A stretch of DNA of 64,000 nt from a virus. Positions 55,335 to 63,897 of the stretch are shown piece by piece (the stretch's first letter is position 1; every line of letters starts with the position of its first letter). The translations under genes were made by a program, and so were the position numbers. The notes beneath the pieces are model-generated. The model ran no database searches and was not told the origin of the DNA. It worked only from the letters and a program-made list of their open reading frames with translations. The stretch covers positions 6,355-70,354 of IMG/VR virus record IMGVR_UViG_3300043436_003813; one strand, given 5' to 3'.

Positions 55335-55553
55335 ATGCACGCCAACATAAACAAAGATACAGCCAGAGAAAGAGCCGAAGCCCTAATGGCACAACTCAAC
55401 GAAACCCTCCGCTATACGCAAAGAGACGAAACCGAACACCGCATCTCCTTGCACAGCCAAATGGAACGCTGCCAGCAAGTTATCTCTCTCGCCGACAACA
55501 CCTGCGATGACCACATCACCCTAGACGGGGAAACCTGCGAATGGCTCTTCTGA
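55335..55553 (+). CDS. Hypothetical protein
   Basis: ORF from MHANIN. Confidence 0.5.
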   Translation: MHANINKDTARERAEALMAQLNETLRYTQRDETEHRISLHSQMERCQQVISLADNTCDDHITLDGETCEWLF

Positions 55554-56219
55554 CCACCCAAAACCCAAACACACTTACGTAACTTCGCCTTTCCTTCCGC
55601 CCGGTGAGCACAGGACACTTTCTACCTATAAAACGGCAATAACGCCACCAATCTGCAAAATAACGTAAGTAGGGTTTCGCTCGCACTCAACCCCTCCCTC
55701 CGCCCCCTCGCTCACCCAGCAGGGGGCTTTTTCGCGGCCCCACAAAACCATAAATAGCCCCCACCACCCATGCCAAAGGGGATAGCCACCAATAACCAAC
55801 ACAGGGGGTAGCGGGCAAAACCATAGGGGGTCTAGCCCATATCCACAACCAAGGGGTGCCATTATCTCCCGTAGGGGGCACTTTACTTCCTCGTGCGCAT
55901 GGGGACAGAGAGGGCCTTCCCGTGTGTGCAGGGAGTGAGTAATCAGTTTCTCGTGCATGTAGGGACTAGACAGCTCCTTGCGCGTGCAGGGACTGGCTAA
56001 GGGTCTTTTTAAAGTATACGCGTCCGCGCCGGACGCGTGGTCGAGGGGGTGGTGCATCCCCCGCCTGCCGTGCTGCGCCCTACCGGGACACCCCGCCGCA
56101 CCCCGCCGCACCCCGCAGGATCGAGCACCGGGAGAGGGGGAGACTGCTCCACCGTAGGCAGGGCGGATGGGGGAGGGCTTGCGCACTGTGCTACAATGGT
56201 GGCGAACTCACAAAAAACC

Positions 56220-56468
56220 ATGAACCAAGTCACCCTTGCCCACTCCGCTCACTCTTTTAATGGAGTCGATTTCTCCTCCCGCTCCACTTTCATCGAAAGC
56301 TTCAAAGCGGCCCACCCGATCCGGCAAAATAGATCAACTGGGTATTGGGGTTTTGAGCGCGTGTGCGACTGCCTCAATCTCAACCGCTGCGTATTCAAGT
56401 CCAAGCAGGCGGCCAGCCGCTACCGCAACGAAGCCGCCGAAAATGCCGCTACTGACTGTGCCTTATGA
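56220..56468 (+). CDS. Early hypothetical protein
   Basis: MNQVTL after TG-n-TACAAT and aaaaaaccATG. Confidence 0.6.
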   Translation: MNQVTLAHSAHSFNGVDFSSRSTFIESFKAAHPIRQNRSTGYWGFERVCDCLNLNRCVFKSKQAASRYRNEAAENAATDCAL

Positions 56469-56496
56469 GTCCGCCTCGGGCTCGAACCGCCCACAG

Positions 56497-56524
56497 GCCC
56501 CAGCCTAGCCCGCTGGGGCTTTTT
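56497..56524 (+). terminator. Intrinsic terminator
   Basis: GCCCCAGC-ctagccc-GCTGGGGC-TTTTT. Confidence 0.8.
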
Positions 56525-56790
56525 CGTGCCGTGCTCACTAGCGCGAAGGCACGGGGCAACGGAGGCGATCCTAGGGCATCGGAGCGTGAGGGGGAGCGTG
56601 GGTATGGGGAGAGGCGGGAAAGGGCGGGAAAGGGGGCGGAAGTGTCGCGTTTTGCGACATATCAACATATCTGTATATGTTGTATGGCACCAGTTCGCCT
56701 CTCCATCCCTTTATCCTAAGTCAGTTACCTATGATAAGCGTTCTTATCTTTAGTCGCTTTGCCGTTAGTCCCCATCCCTCCCCCTATTGT

Positions 56791-56820
56791 CCCCACCCTT
56801 TAACGGCGTGGGGCTTTTTT
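56791..56820 (+). terminator. Intrinsic terminator
   Basis: CCCCAC...GTGGGGC-TTTTTT. Confidence 0.6.
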
Positions 56821-56866
56821 GCGCCTTGCTTGGGATGCTCGCACACGGAAAAGCACAAGCGCAGGC

Positions 56867-56895
56867 TTGACAAATCCTCGTCCTGGTGCGATACT
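56867..56895 (+). promoter_or_regulatory. Sigma70-type early promoter
   Basis: TTGACA-N17-GATACT. Confidence 0.7.
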
Positions 56896-56918
56896 GTGGG
56901 CGCAATCAAAAAACACCC

Positions 56919-57509
56919 ATGAAAACAAGCCAACCCATGAAAGCCGAGATCATCATCCCTGACTTCCTCAACGCCAAACCCTTTTCCGTGGTCGCCCGGT
57001 ATCGCGGCCTAGAAATTAAGCGCACCACTATGGCTCATTGGTGCGGCCCCCTCGAATTTTGCCGGAATCTAATCACCCCCACCGGGGGGGCTGGTTGGTG
57101 GTCGATCAACTCGATTGAGTCGGCGATCCGCGAAATCGATGAGGCCGCGAGCAAAGCCGGAAAGCCCGATGGGTGGGAATACGCATTCTCAGATATTCCC
57201 CCGGCAGGGAGCGAGCAAATCTCAATTTCGGCAGAGGAGCTTTTGAGAATTGCCGGTCGCGATTCCAAAAAGATCCATCGGTTGATCGAAGCGGTGAACA
57301 ACCCGGCGCTTCAGATGATCGAAGGCTGGCCCTTGATGAGCTGGCGAGTGAGCAGTTGCGGTGATGCGGCGAGATTCTGCCGGCTCGATGATGAGGGAAA
57401 GGTTCAGTGCGCGGTTGGGTTTGTGAATGCTCCGGAATCCCGGCGGGCGGAGTTCATACCGCCCGCGGATGAACTCCCCTTTCCCACCACCGTTGTTTTC
57501 ATCGGATAA
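56919..57509 (+). CDS. Early hypothetical protein
   Basis: About 196-aa ORF after the promoter. Confidence 0.65.
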   Translation: MKTSQPMKAEIIIPDFLNAKPFSVVARYRGLEIKRTTMAHWCGPLEFCRNLITPTGGAGWWSINSIESAIREIDEAASKAGKPDGWEYAFSDIPPAGSEQISISAEELLRIAGRDSKKIHRLIEAVNNPALQMIEGWPLMSWRVSSCGDAARFCRLDDEGKVQCAVGFVNAPESRRAEFIPPADELPFPTTVVFIG

Positions 57510-57525
57510 CCTTCCCACCCCCTCC

Positions 57526-57555
57526 GCCCCGCTCTCCTTAGTTGGAAGCGGGGTT
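57526..57555 (+). repeat. 30-bp hairpin repeat, copy 1 (identical at 58649-58678)
   Basis: GCCCCGCTCTCCTTAGTTGGAAGCGGGGTT. Confidence 0.85.
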
Positions 57556-57570
57556 TCAGGGTGCCTAACC

Positions 57571-58290
57571 ATGAAAAATGAGCTATTGTTTGAGAAAATC
57601 CACTGCGTTGGCCGCGACGACAAAGCGCGCCGGCGCCTGAATGTCGCCCCGAGCAAGCCCGCGCGTATCACGGCGGAAAGGCTGGAAAAAGGCGTGACCC
57701 TTGAAGCATTGGAAGATATCGGCGCGCCTGTGTTCCGATATGCAACGCAAATCACGATACACGGCCTGCTCCCCGACTATTCCCCTCCCCCATTCGGCTA
57801 TCGCTTTTTAACGAAGAATAAAAACGGGTCGATCGGGGTTAAGTTTGGCGGAATCGATGCCGCGAAAAAGGAAAGGCTTTACCGTGCCGCGCGGGCCGGT
57901 AGCCTGCTTAATGCCTCCCTCACCTCGCAAGGCTTAACCCTCGGGAAAACCTTTTACATGAACGGGGATGCAGAGAAAACGAAGGCGGAGGCGATTGCGT
58001 TTGCGCGCGATATGCAAGGCCGCTTTGCCCCACTTATTTATGGCGAGATTTACGGACAAGCACTCCCGTGGGGCGCGGGGTTCGCGGTTTACGTGTTTGT
58101 GGGCGCAGTTCCGGTGGAAAACGTCGGGGCGCTTAGTGTGCTGCTTTGCGGATTTGAAACGGAGGCGGAAGTAGAAGCGGAGACTGAGCGAAAAGAGCGA
58201 GCGCGCCGTGAGGAGACACGCGCTTATCTTGAGTCACGCGCGGCGGAACTAAAGGCCGCGAAGGAGGCGGATTGCCTTGCGGCTACCTAG
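57571..58290 (+). CDS. Early hypothetical protein
   Basis: MKNELLFEK..., 239 aa; PVFRYATQITIHG, KNKNGSIGVKFGGID. Confidence 0.7.
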   Translation: MKNELLFEKIHCVGRDDKARRRLNVAPSKPARITAERLEKGVTLEALEDIGAPVFRYATQITIHGLLPDYSPPPFGYRFLTKNKNGSIGVKFGGIDAAKKERLYRAARAGSLLNASLTSQGLTLGKTFYMNGDAEKTKAEAIAFARDMQGRFAPLIYGEIYGQALPWGAGFAVYVFVGAVPVENVGALSVLLCGFETEAEVEAETERKERARREETRAYLESRAAELKAAKEADCLAAT

Positions 58291-58314
58291 CGCAAAGCGA
58301 TCTGAAACCCGCCC

Positions 58315-58542
58315 ATGAAAAAAAACCCTTACCGATATTCTGCGAATCGCTGTCGCCTCCCTATGGGGGATGATATGGAAAATAAGCCCTTTGGCGCTAA
58401 GGCCGATGCGCTTAGATGGCTGCGCGGTTACCCATACCAAAAGATCCGAGATATGCTAAAGGAGGGGCGCCCGGTGATTCACGAAAAATCCAACTTTCAA
58501 TCCCCCACCCTTTGCGGGCCCCTGTCCCGCTGGAGCAGATAA
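58315..58542 (+). CDS. Hypothetical protein
   Basis: 75-aa ORF. Confidence 0.5.
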   Translation: MKKNPYRYSANRCRLPMGDDMENKPFGAKADALRWLRGYPYQKIRDMLKEGRPVIHEKSNFQSPTLCGPLSRWSR

Positions 58543-58560
58543 CCCTCCCGCCCCTAAGCC

Positions 58561-58698
58561 ATGAAAACACCCACCCAAACCGCCCACCGTGCCGCGCTCC
58601 TAGCTCATCGCGAGAGTTACCGGCCTGCCGTGCTCGCGCCCGCTCCCCGCCCCGCTCTCCTTAGTTGGAAGCGGGGTTGCTGGCGTGAAAACACCTAA
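58561..58698 (+). pseudogene. Truncated duplicate of the 59461 gene fused to the hairpin repeat
   Basis: First 90 nt nearly identical to 59461-59550, then the 30-bp hairpin; 45 codons. Confidence 0.65.
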
Positions 58699-58810
58699 CT
58701 ATGAAGGCCGATTTAACCAAACTAACGAAGGCAGAGTGTTTTTCTTTTCGATTTGTCTTGAAACCGAAAGCGGTTTGGGTTTTGGTCTGTCTCGTCACTA
58801 AAAAAACACC

Positions 58811-59122
58811 ATGAACTTCTCCACTATCTCAAACGCCGCTAACGACAAATTCATCTTGGTTCGCGGAAACCAAGTCTTTCGGGCATCCATGAGCAACCCC
58901 CTCTTTTTCATCAGCTACGAACTCGCCAAGGCTTTCGTGAAAGACGGAATGTCTGGATGTAACCTCAAAGGGTATCAGCCCGTCGAAATCGGCTCTGAAA
59001 AAGCAAACCGAGCAATGGTTGTCTCGTTCGGATGCAAAAAGCCCAAGATCAAAAAAGGCACTAACCTCAAACGCTTCACGGACGGAATGGAAAAACTCGG
59101 CCTCCATGCCACCCTCGCCTAA
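58811..59122 (+). CDS. Hypothetical protein
   Basis: 103-aa ORF, aaaaaacaccATG start. Confidence 0.65.
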   Translation: MNFSTISNAANDKFILVRGNQVFRASMSNPLFFISYELAKAFVKDGMSGCNLKGYQPVEIGSEKANRAMVVSFGCKKPKIKKGTNLKRFTDGMEKLGLHATLA

Positions 59123-59276
59123 GAATCGCGCCGCCGCCGCCCTCGGAAAAAAGGGCGGCAAAATTGGCGGGCTTTCTAAGTCAGCCGCTAAAATTCTGGC
59201 AGCACAAAACAACGGAAAAAAGGGCGGACGCCCAACGAAAAATGAACCTATCAAACGAGCGGAAAAGGCCATGTAG
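59106..59276 (+). CDS. Small basic KGG-motif protein
   Basis: AAAALGKKGG...KSAAKILAAQNNGKKGGRP. Confidence 0.7.
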   Translation: MPPSPKNRAAAALGKKGGKIGGLSKSAAKILAAQNNGKKGGRPTKNEPIKRAEKAM

Positions 59277-59315
59277 CGAACCCGTGAATGGTTAGCCCTT
59301 TAACCCGCACAACAC

Positions 59316-59456
59316 ATGAAAACGACTGTAACATTCAGCAACTCCAACCCTTGCACGATAGAAAATAAGTTAGCCATGAAACTAGGCCGCAAGCCTAGCC
59401 ACCAAGAGCTAAAGCATGAGGTGGCTCGCATTATCAGCCAATCCCGCAAGCACTGA
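59316..59456 (+). CDS. 46-aa hypothetical protein (not in the track)
   Basis: MKTTVTFSNSNP...LAMKLGRKPSHQELKHEVARII. Confidence 0.5.
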   Translation: MKTTVTFSNSNPCTIENKLAMKLGRKPSHQELKHEVARIISQSRKH

Positions 59457-59460
59457 TCCC

Positions 59461-59886
59461 ATGAAAACACCCACCCAAACCGCCCACCGTGCCGCGCTCC
59501 TAGCACACCGCGAGAGTCACCGGCCTGCCGTGCTTGCGCCCGCTCCCCGCTCCACCCTCTCCCCGTATGCCCTGCGTTGCGCTATGGCTGCGCAGGAAGC
59601 CACGCGGGAGGGGTTTGCGGGGTTCGCCGCCGCCCTCGTTGCGGAAGCGAAAACCGCCTTGCCGCTTAGCAAAATCGCGAGCGCTTCCTTTCACGATCAC
59701 CTAGAGAAGCAGGAAAGCAACGTTGCCAGCTTCCGCCGCCGCGTGAATGCGGCCAAGACCCGCGCGGACCTTGCCAAACTGGAAGCCTCCGCCCTCCGCC
59801 TTTATCAGTCCGGGGCAGCGTCCGCCCGTGAGTTCAAAGCCTTTGACCTGATGATTTTTGAGGCGCTAGCAAAAAACACCGCTTGA
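59461..59886 (+). CDS. Hypothetical protein
   Basis: MKTPTQTAHR..., 141 aa. Confidence 0.6.
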   Translation: MKTPTQTAHRAALLAHRESHRPAVLAPAPRSTLSPYALRCAMAAQEATREGFAGFAAALVAEAKTALPLSKIASASFHDHLEKQESNVASFRRRVNAAKTRADLAKLEASALRLYQSGAASAREFKAFDLMIFEALAKNTA

Positions 59887-59925
59887 CATATTCCGCCCGA
59901 CCTGCTTCTCTCTTTCCCGTTAGGT
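59882..59925 (+). promoter_or_regulatory. Duplicated promoter element, copy 1
   Basis: CTTGACATATTCCGCCCGA identical at 60134; TTGACA contains the upstream gene's TGA stop. Confidence 0.7.
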
Positions 59926-59934
59926 AAAACACCC

Positions 59935-60138
59935 ATGAAAACCCACGCAAACACCGATGCTCTCCTTTCGCTCCGCTCAGATGCCAACATGCACACGGGG
60001 AGGGATTACCCCGTCGCCTTACGCTTTCGCGCTGGGCGAGTCGAAAGATTGATAAATCGCGCGATCCGTTGCGGTTGCGGCGCGACTGGGTTCTCCCGCC
60101 TAGCGCGCGCTGTAAAAAGCCTAAAAAACTCCACTTGA
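59935..60138 (+). CDS. Hypothetical protein
   Basis: 67-aa ORF between the duplicated promoters. Confidence 0.55.
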   Translation: MKTHANTDALLSLRSDANMHTGRDYPVALRFRAGRVERLINRAIRCGCGATGFSRLARAVKSLKNST

Positions 60139-60177
60139 CATATTCCGCCCGATATGCTTTTCTCCTTTCCGTTAGCT
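60134..60177 (+). promoter_or_regulatory. Duplicated promoter element, copy 2
   Basis: CTTGACATATTCCGCCCGA...CCGTTAG. Confidence 0.7.
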
Positions 60178-60195
60178 AAACTATCAAAAAACACA

Positions 60196-60726
60196 ATGAA
60201 CACAACCGACACTGCGCGCCCCGTTGCGCCAACCAAAACCGAGCTTTGCCAAGCTCTACGCCGCTGGATCAACCAGCGCCCCGGCCTCGATCCCCGTAAT
60301 TACGACGCCTCCGGCTACCGCTCGGACCTTCGCATGATTACCCGCCAGCGTGCCGATGCGCTCCAACTGCTCCGCGCCGTAGAGTTGCGCGAATCAATCA
60401 CCGCCGAGCGCATCCTTGCCGCGCTTCCAAGCGGCTCCCGCCTATCGTGGGATGCCGAGAAGCGCCGCTTGGACTACGTTACCGGGCAATACTGGTGCAC
60501 GGAATATCGTCGCGCCGCTTGCGCTGCCCTCTCGTCGATCCTGTGGGCATGGGTGCGCGAAACCTCCATGCCAAAGTCCTCCGGCAAGACCAAGCGCCCC
60601 ATGACCTTTGGCGACATCGACGGCTACCGCCTGCCCTCTGGCAAGCTGGTCTCTGCCGGCGAATGGCTGCGCTCACACTTCCGCGCCGAGTTTGGCCGTG
60701 GCATCGCTTCCCGTTGGTTTAACTGA
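60196..60726 (+). CDS. Early hypothetical protein
   Basis: WINQRPGLDPRNY...YVTGQYWCTEYRRAAC...EFGRGIASRWFN. Confidence 0.75.
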   Translation: MNTTDTARPVAPTKTELCQALRRWINQRPGLDPRNYDASGYRSDLRMITRQRADALQLLRAVELRESITAERILAALPSGSRLSWDAEKRRLDYVTGQYWCTEYRRAACAALSSILWAWVRETSMPKSSGKTKRPMTFGDIDGYRLPSGKLVSAGEWLRSHFRAEFGRGIASRWFN

Positions 60727-60825
60727 GGACAATTCCCGGGCCTGCCGGGCAACGTAGGCCGTGACCAACGATAGAAGTCTAGGGGTATGGCTCCACCCCG
60801 ATAAACAAACGGGCCTCAATTTACT

Positions 60826-61077
60826 ATGAAAACGGAAAACCTCCCGAAGCCAACTTCTGACGCCTTGGCCTGCCGCGATTGGCAAGGCCGCGTATCCCGC
60901 CCATCAATCCCATTCAACGCAAAGCCCGTCCTGTCTTCTGAGATGGTATGTCTTTGGGTCTTTGGAAAGCAATTCATCGTAAGCTATGGCCTGCAAGTGA
61001 CAACGCACCGCACCCTTGAGGAAGCGGGCCGCGAGTTTGACGCCTGCCGCAAGCATTGGGAAGCCTGCAATACCTAA
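60826..61077 (+). CDS. Hypothetical protein
   Basis: FIVSYGLQV...AGREFDAC. Confidence 0.6.
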   Translation: MKTENLPKPTSDALACRDWQGRVSRPSIPFNAKPVLSSEMVCLWVFGKQFIVSYGLQVTTHRTLEEAGREFDACRKHWEACNT

Positions 61078-61157
61078 GGCCCCACCCGCTTCCCACCCCC
61101 GCCCTGCCTGTGCCGATGAAACGGCGCGGCGGGGCTTAGGGCTGAACACAGCACACT

Positions 61158-61394
61158 ATGAACGCCAATAACGACACCTACGAAATGAGCCGCGACCAGA
61201 ACGGCAACCGCACTTGCCGCGTGAAGCCCGCCCGACTAGTGGGCGAAACATTCCGCGCGTTTTCGATTCAAGCCAACAGCAATCTCCCCGAGACTCACCG
61301 AAACGGCATTTGCAGCGCAACGCCCGGCGAGGTAGCCGCATACGTTAAACGATACGGCACTCGGCACCAGCGCGAAGCCCTTGGCCTGCTCTGA
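61158..61394 (+). CDS. Hypothetical protein
   Basis: SRDQNGNRT...FSIQANSNLPETH. Confidence 0.6.
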   Translation: MNANNDTYEMSRDQNGNRTCRVKPARLVGETFRAFSIQANSNLPETHRNGICSATPGEVAAYVKRYGTRHQREALGLL

Positions 61395-61836
61395 GCCCAT
61401 GCCAGCCACTAGCCTCCACCCCATGAAAAACCAACGCTTCTCCCGCAACTATCGCCGCCCCGGCCACTCCGCCCTCCACCTGCTTGGCATCGCCATTTGG
61501 GTGCTGATCGTCGCCGGCCTCACCATTTACGCTTTCGTCCGCTAGCCATGAAAATCGTTCTAATAGGGCGCCGCGCAGATTATGGCCCAGGTTGGCAAGT
61601 TCTCAGCTTTAAGCCCGCCGATGCCTACCGATTTGCGGCCGCCGGCTGGGAAGTTGCGATTGGACTCCTAAAAAAAGGCGTCCTCATTGCCGAACCCTAG
61701 CTCCAACGAGTGGCGGGTATGGGTAGCGGAGCCCACCGGACGCCGCGCCCACTACTTCCCCGACCAAGACGCCGCCATTGTGTTTGCCGTGAAGCACGGT
61801 AGCCAAGCGGAACACGCACCGATAAACTTTTAACCC

Positions 61837-62268
61837 ATGAATATAACAGAAGAACTAGAGCGCCAATTTGCCGGAAACCCATCCGGCCTATGGGCTGAAA
61901 CAAAGCGAGTAGAGGCTGAAATGATCCGGCTTCGTCACATAGCTTTCGCTACGCTGTGGCGAGAGGGCAAGGAACTGCGGGAAATCGCATCAGCACTTGG
62001 CATATCAGAATCAAATTGCGGCGGTCTTTCGGTCCGCGCCAGAAAGGCTCTGGGTAAAGACTTGGTTCCCCACCGGAATGCCAACCCAAAAGCGCCAGAG
62101 ATTACAGCCTCGCGTGTGGACTTTCTCAGAGAGAACGCAAATAAACTCACACAAGCCGAGTGTGCCCGATGCTTGAATATAAGCCCGCCCTCTGTCCTCA
62201 ATCTCTACAAGCGGTATCTTCCAGACATCAAACACAAGAGGGGGCGCAAGAAGGCCGCTAAAACCTGA
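61837..62268 (+). CDS. Double-HTH transcription regulator
   Basis: LWREGKELREIASALGIS and LTQAECARCLNISPPSV. Confidence 0.75.
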   Translation: MNITEELERQFAGNPSGLWAETKRVEAEMIRLRHIAFATLWREGKELREIASALGISESNCGGLSVRARKALGKDLVPHRNANPKAPEITASRVDFLRENANKLTQAECARCLNISPPSVLNLYKRYLPDIKHKRGRKKAAKT

Positions 62269-62444
62269 TCCCCACCGCCACGCCTTCCCAGCTTCACACG
62301 CTGGGCGGGCATACGCTGGAAATCAGCCGATGAAGAAGGAAAGCGCCGCCTTTCGATTCGTTGCCTAACGCGCCGGGCTTGGCCCTCCCGTAAAACGGGG
62401 CCTTGCTTTATCACCATAAGAACGACCACGAAACCGCGCATCCC

Positions 62445-62618
62445 ATGATTGACCTCCTCCGCTGCCTCCTTGGCTACTGGCCCCGCAGCCACCCCGCCCC
62501 GCAAACCATCGTTGCCCGTGAACTGCTTGCCGATCTTGGCGAGCGCGGGCTCTACGCCGTCACCCGCCGCCGCCTTGACGGCACACACGTAACTACCACC
62601 GAGAACCTAGCCAAATGA
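62445..62618 (+). CDS. Hypothetical protein
   Basis: MIDLLRCLLGYW...TENLAK*. Confidence 0.5.
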   Translation: MIDLLRCLLGYWPRSHPAPQTIVARELLADLGERGLYAVTRRRLDGTHVTTTENLAK

Positions 62619-62622
62619 GCAC
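62597..62622 (+). repeat. 26-bp direct repeat at a gene junction (identical at 63428-63453)
   Basis: CACCGAGAACCTAGCCAAATGAGCAC, containing the overlapping ATGA start/stop. Confidence 0.9.
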
Positions 62623-62848
62623 ATCTACAATAACTACCGTTTACACTATCGCAAAATCCCGAACCGAATGCTATGGACATGGCGACTTCGGGACCGAGAA
62701 AAAGGTTTGCCGCATGGGGGCGTGGGGTGAAGGCGATTACCCTCCCGTGTTTATGACCGAAAAGGCAGCGAGAAATTGGCTTGATAAACAAGACGCCATT
62801 GGGAGGAACAGCGCCTCCATAATCCCCCTCATTCTCATCCATGAATAA
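62615..62848 (+). CDS. Hypothetical protein
   Basis: 77-aa ORF. Confidence 0.55.
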   Translation: MSTSTITTVYTIAKSRTECYGHGDFGTEKKVCRMGAWGEGDYPPVFMTEKAARNWLDKQDAIGRNSASIIPLILIHE

Positions 62849-63449
62849 TAGCACACAAATGACACCTGAGGAGTTCTGTCAAAAACACGACGCTTGCCAT
62901 GATGGGGCTGCGTTTGCCCTAAAATACGCCACGATGGCCGAAGTGTGGGATGCCTGCCCACGAATTGATTGGCTCTGCTGGATACTTGAGCGCCTTGATG
63001 TCGCCCCCGACGATTGCAAGGTCCGCGAGTTCATGTGTTGGGCCGCGACCGAGACGCCTCTCCACGACGGGCGCAAAACGCTCGACCTCCTCACCGACGA
63101 GCGCAGCCGCGCTGCTGTCAATGTAGCTATGCGATTTGCCAGAGACGATGCCAACCAAGAAGAGCTGTCTGCGGCTCGGTCTGCGGCTCGGTCTGCGGCT
63201 GAGTCTGCGGCTGAGTCTGCGGCTCGGTCTGCGGCTGAGTCTGCGGCTTGGTCTGCGGCTCGGTATGCGGCTTGGTCTGCGGCTCGGTATGCGGCTTGGT
63301 CTGCGGCTGAGTCTGCGGCTGAGTCTGCGGCTCGGTCTGCGGCTGAGTCTGCGGCTTGGTCTGCGGCTTGGTCTGCGGCTCGGTCTGCGCAAGTCAAACA
63401 TTTCCGCTCCATGTTCCCCAATCCATTCACCGAGAACCTAGCCAAATGA
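62841..63449 (+). CDS. Ala-rich repeat protein (SAAR/SAAE/SAAW repeats)
   Basis: FCQKHDACHDG...DWLCW...LLTDERSRAAV followed by tetrapeptide repeats. Confidence 0.75.
   Translation: MNNSTQMTPEEFCQKHDACHDGAAFALKYATMAEVWDACPRIDWLCWILERLDVAPDDCKVREFMCWAATETPLHDGRKTLDLLTDERSRAAVNVAMRFARDDANQEELSAARSAARSAAESAAESAARSAAESAAWSAARYAAWSAARYAAWSAAESAAESAARSAAESAAWSAAWSAARSAQVKHFRSMFPNPFTENLAK
63168..63389 (+). repeat. 12-bp in-frame tandem repeat, about 18 units
   Basis: T(C/A)TGCGGCT(CGG/GAG/TGG) units. Confidence 0.9.
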
Positions 63450-63799
63450 GCACCACCGCCACAGCCATATCCCCGCTGGAGGATTCACTCTCCTCCTGCT
63501 CCTCCGCCGTCCGCTATGCCGCTACACGTATCCCCGACTTCCTCGCCGGACGCTTTACTCCGCGCGGATGCCAGAGCCGACACGAGAGCGACCTTGACCG
63601 TCGCGACCGCGAGCGCCCATCCCGCCCGTATGGCACCCCAGCCACCGCTGCGCTCGGGGAGAAGGGCCGCATCCTCGTTGCCTCAATGCCGCTTTATCAG
63701 GCTGCGCAGACGCTCGGGTGCTCCGTCCCTACGCTACGTAAAGCCATGCGCATGCAAGCACCATCTTTTTCCTCGCCATGCGAACCAATTTCCTCTTAA
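63446..63799 (+). CDS. Hypothetical protein with C-terminal HTH
   Basis: PLYQAAQTLGCSVPTLRKAM. Confidence 0.5.
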   Translation: MSTTATAISPLEDSLSSCSSAVRYAATRIPDFLAGRFTPRGCQSRHESDLDRRDRERPSRPYGTPATAALGEKGRILVASMPLYQAAQTLGCSVPTLRKAMRMQAPSFSSPCEPISS

Positions 63800-63851
63800 C
63801 TTGCTTGCTGTGGGGTGCTCTGATTGCTGTTTCTGTGGCGTGACAGCTACC

Positions 63852-63878
63852 GGGCTTGGCCGCGACGACATGTTAGGC
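63852..63878 (-). mobile_element. Truncated attC site (R''-L'' half)
   Basis: GCCTAAC-ATGTC-GTCGCGGC-CAAGCCC; same architecture as the arms at 46169-46195 and 46729-46755. Confidence 0.55.
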
Positions 63879-63897
63879 TCCTTTTATTTTTATACCT

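Noticed and set aside
59919-60177. attI/attC sites at GTTAGGT and GTTAGCT after the duplicated promoters
   Set aside because: No L boxes or inverse core sites; the promoter duplication explains them.
63168-63389. CRISPR array
   Set aside because: Contiguous 12-bp units with no unique spacers, in frame within a CDS; no cas operon (the 7859-8659 nuclease is a stand-alone phage exonuclease).
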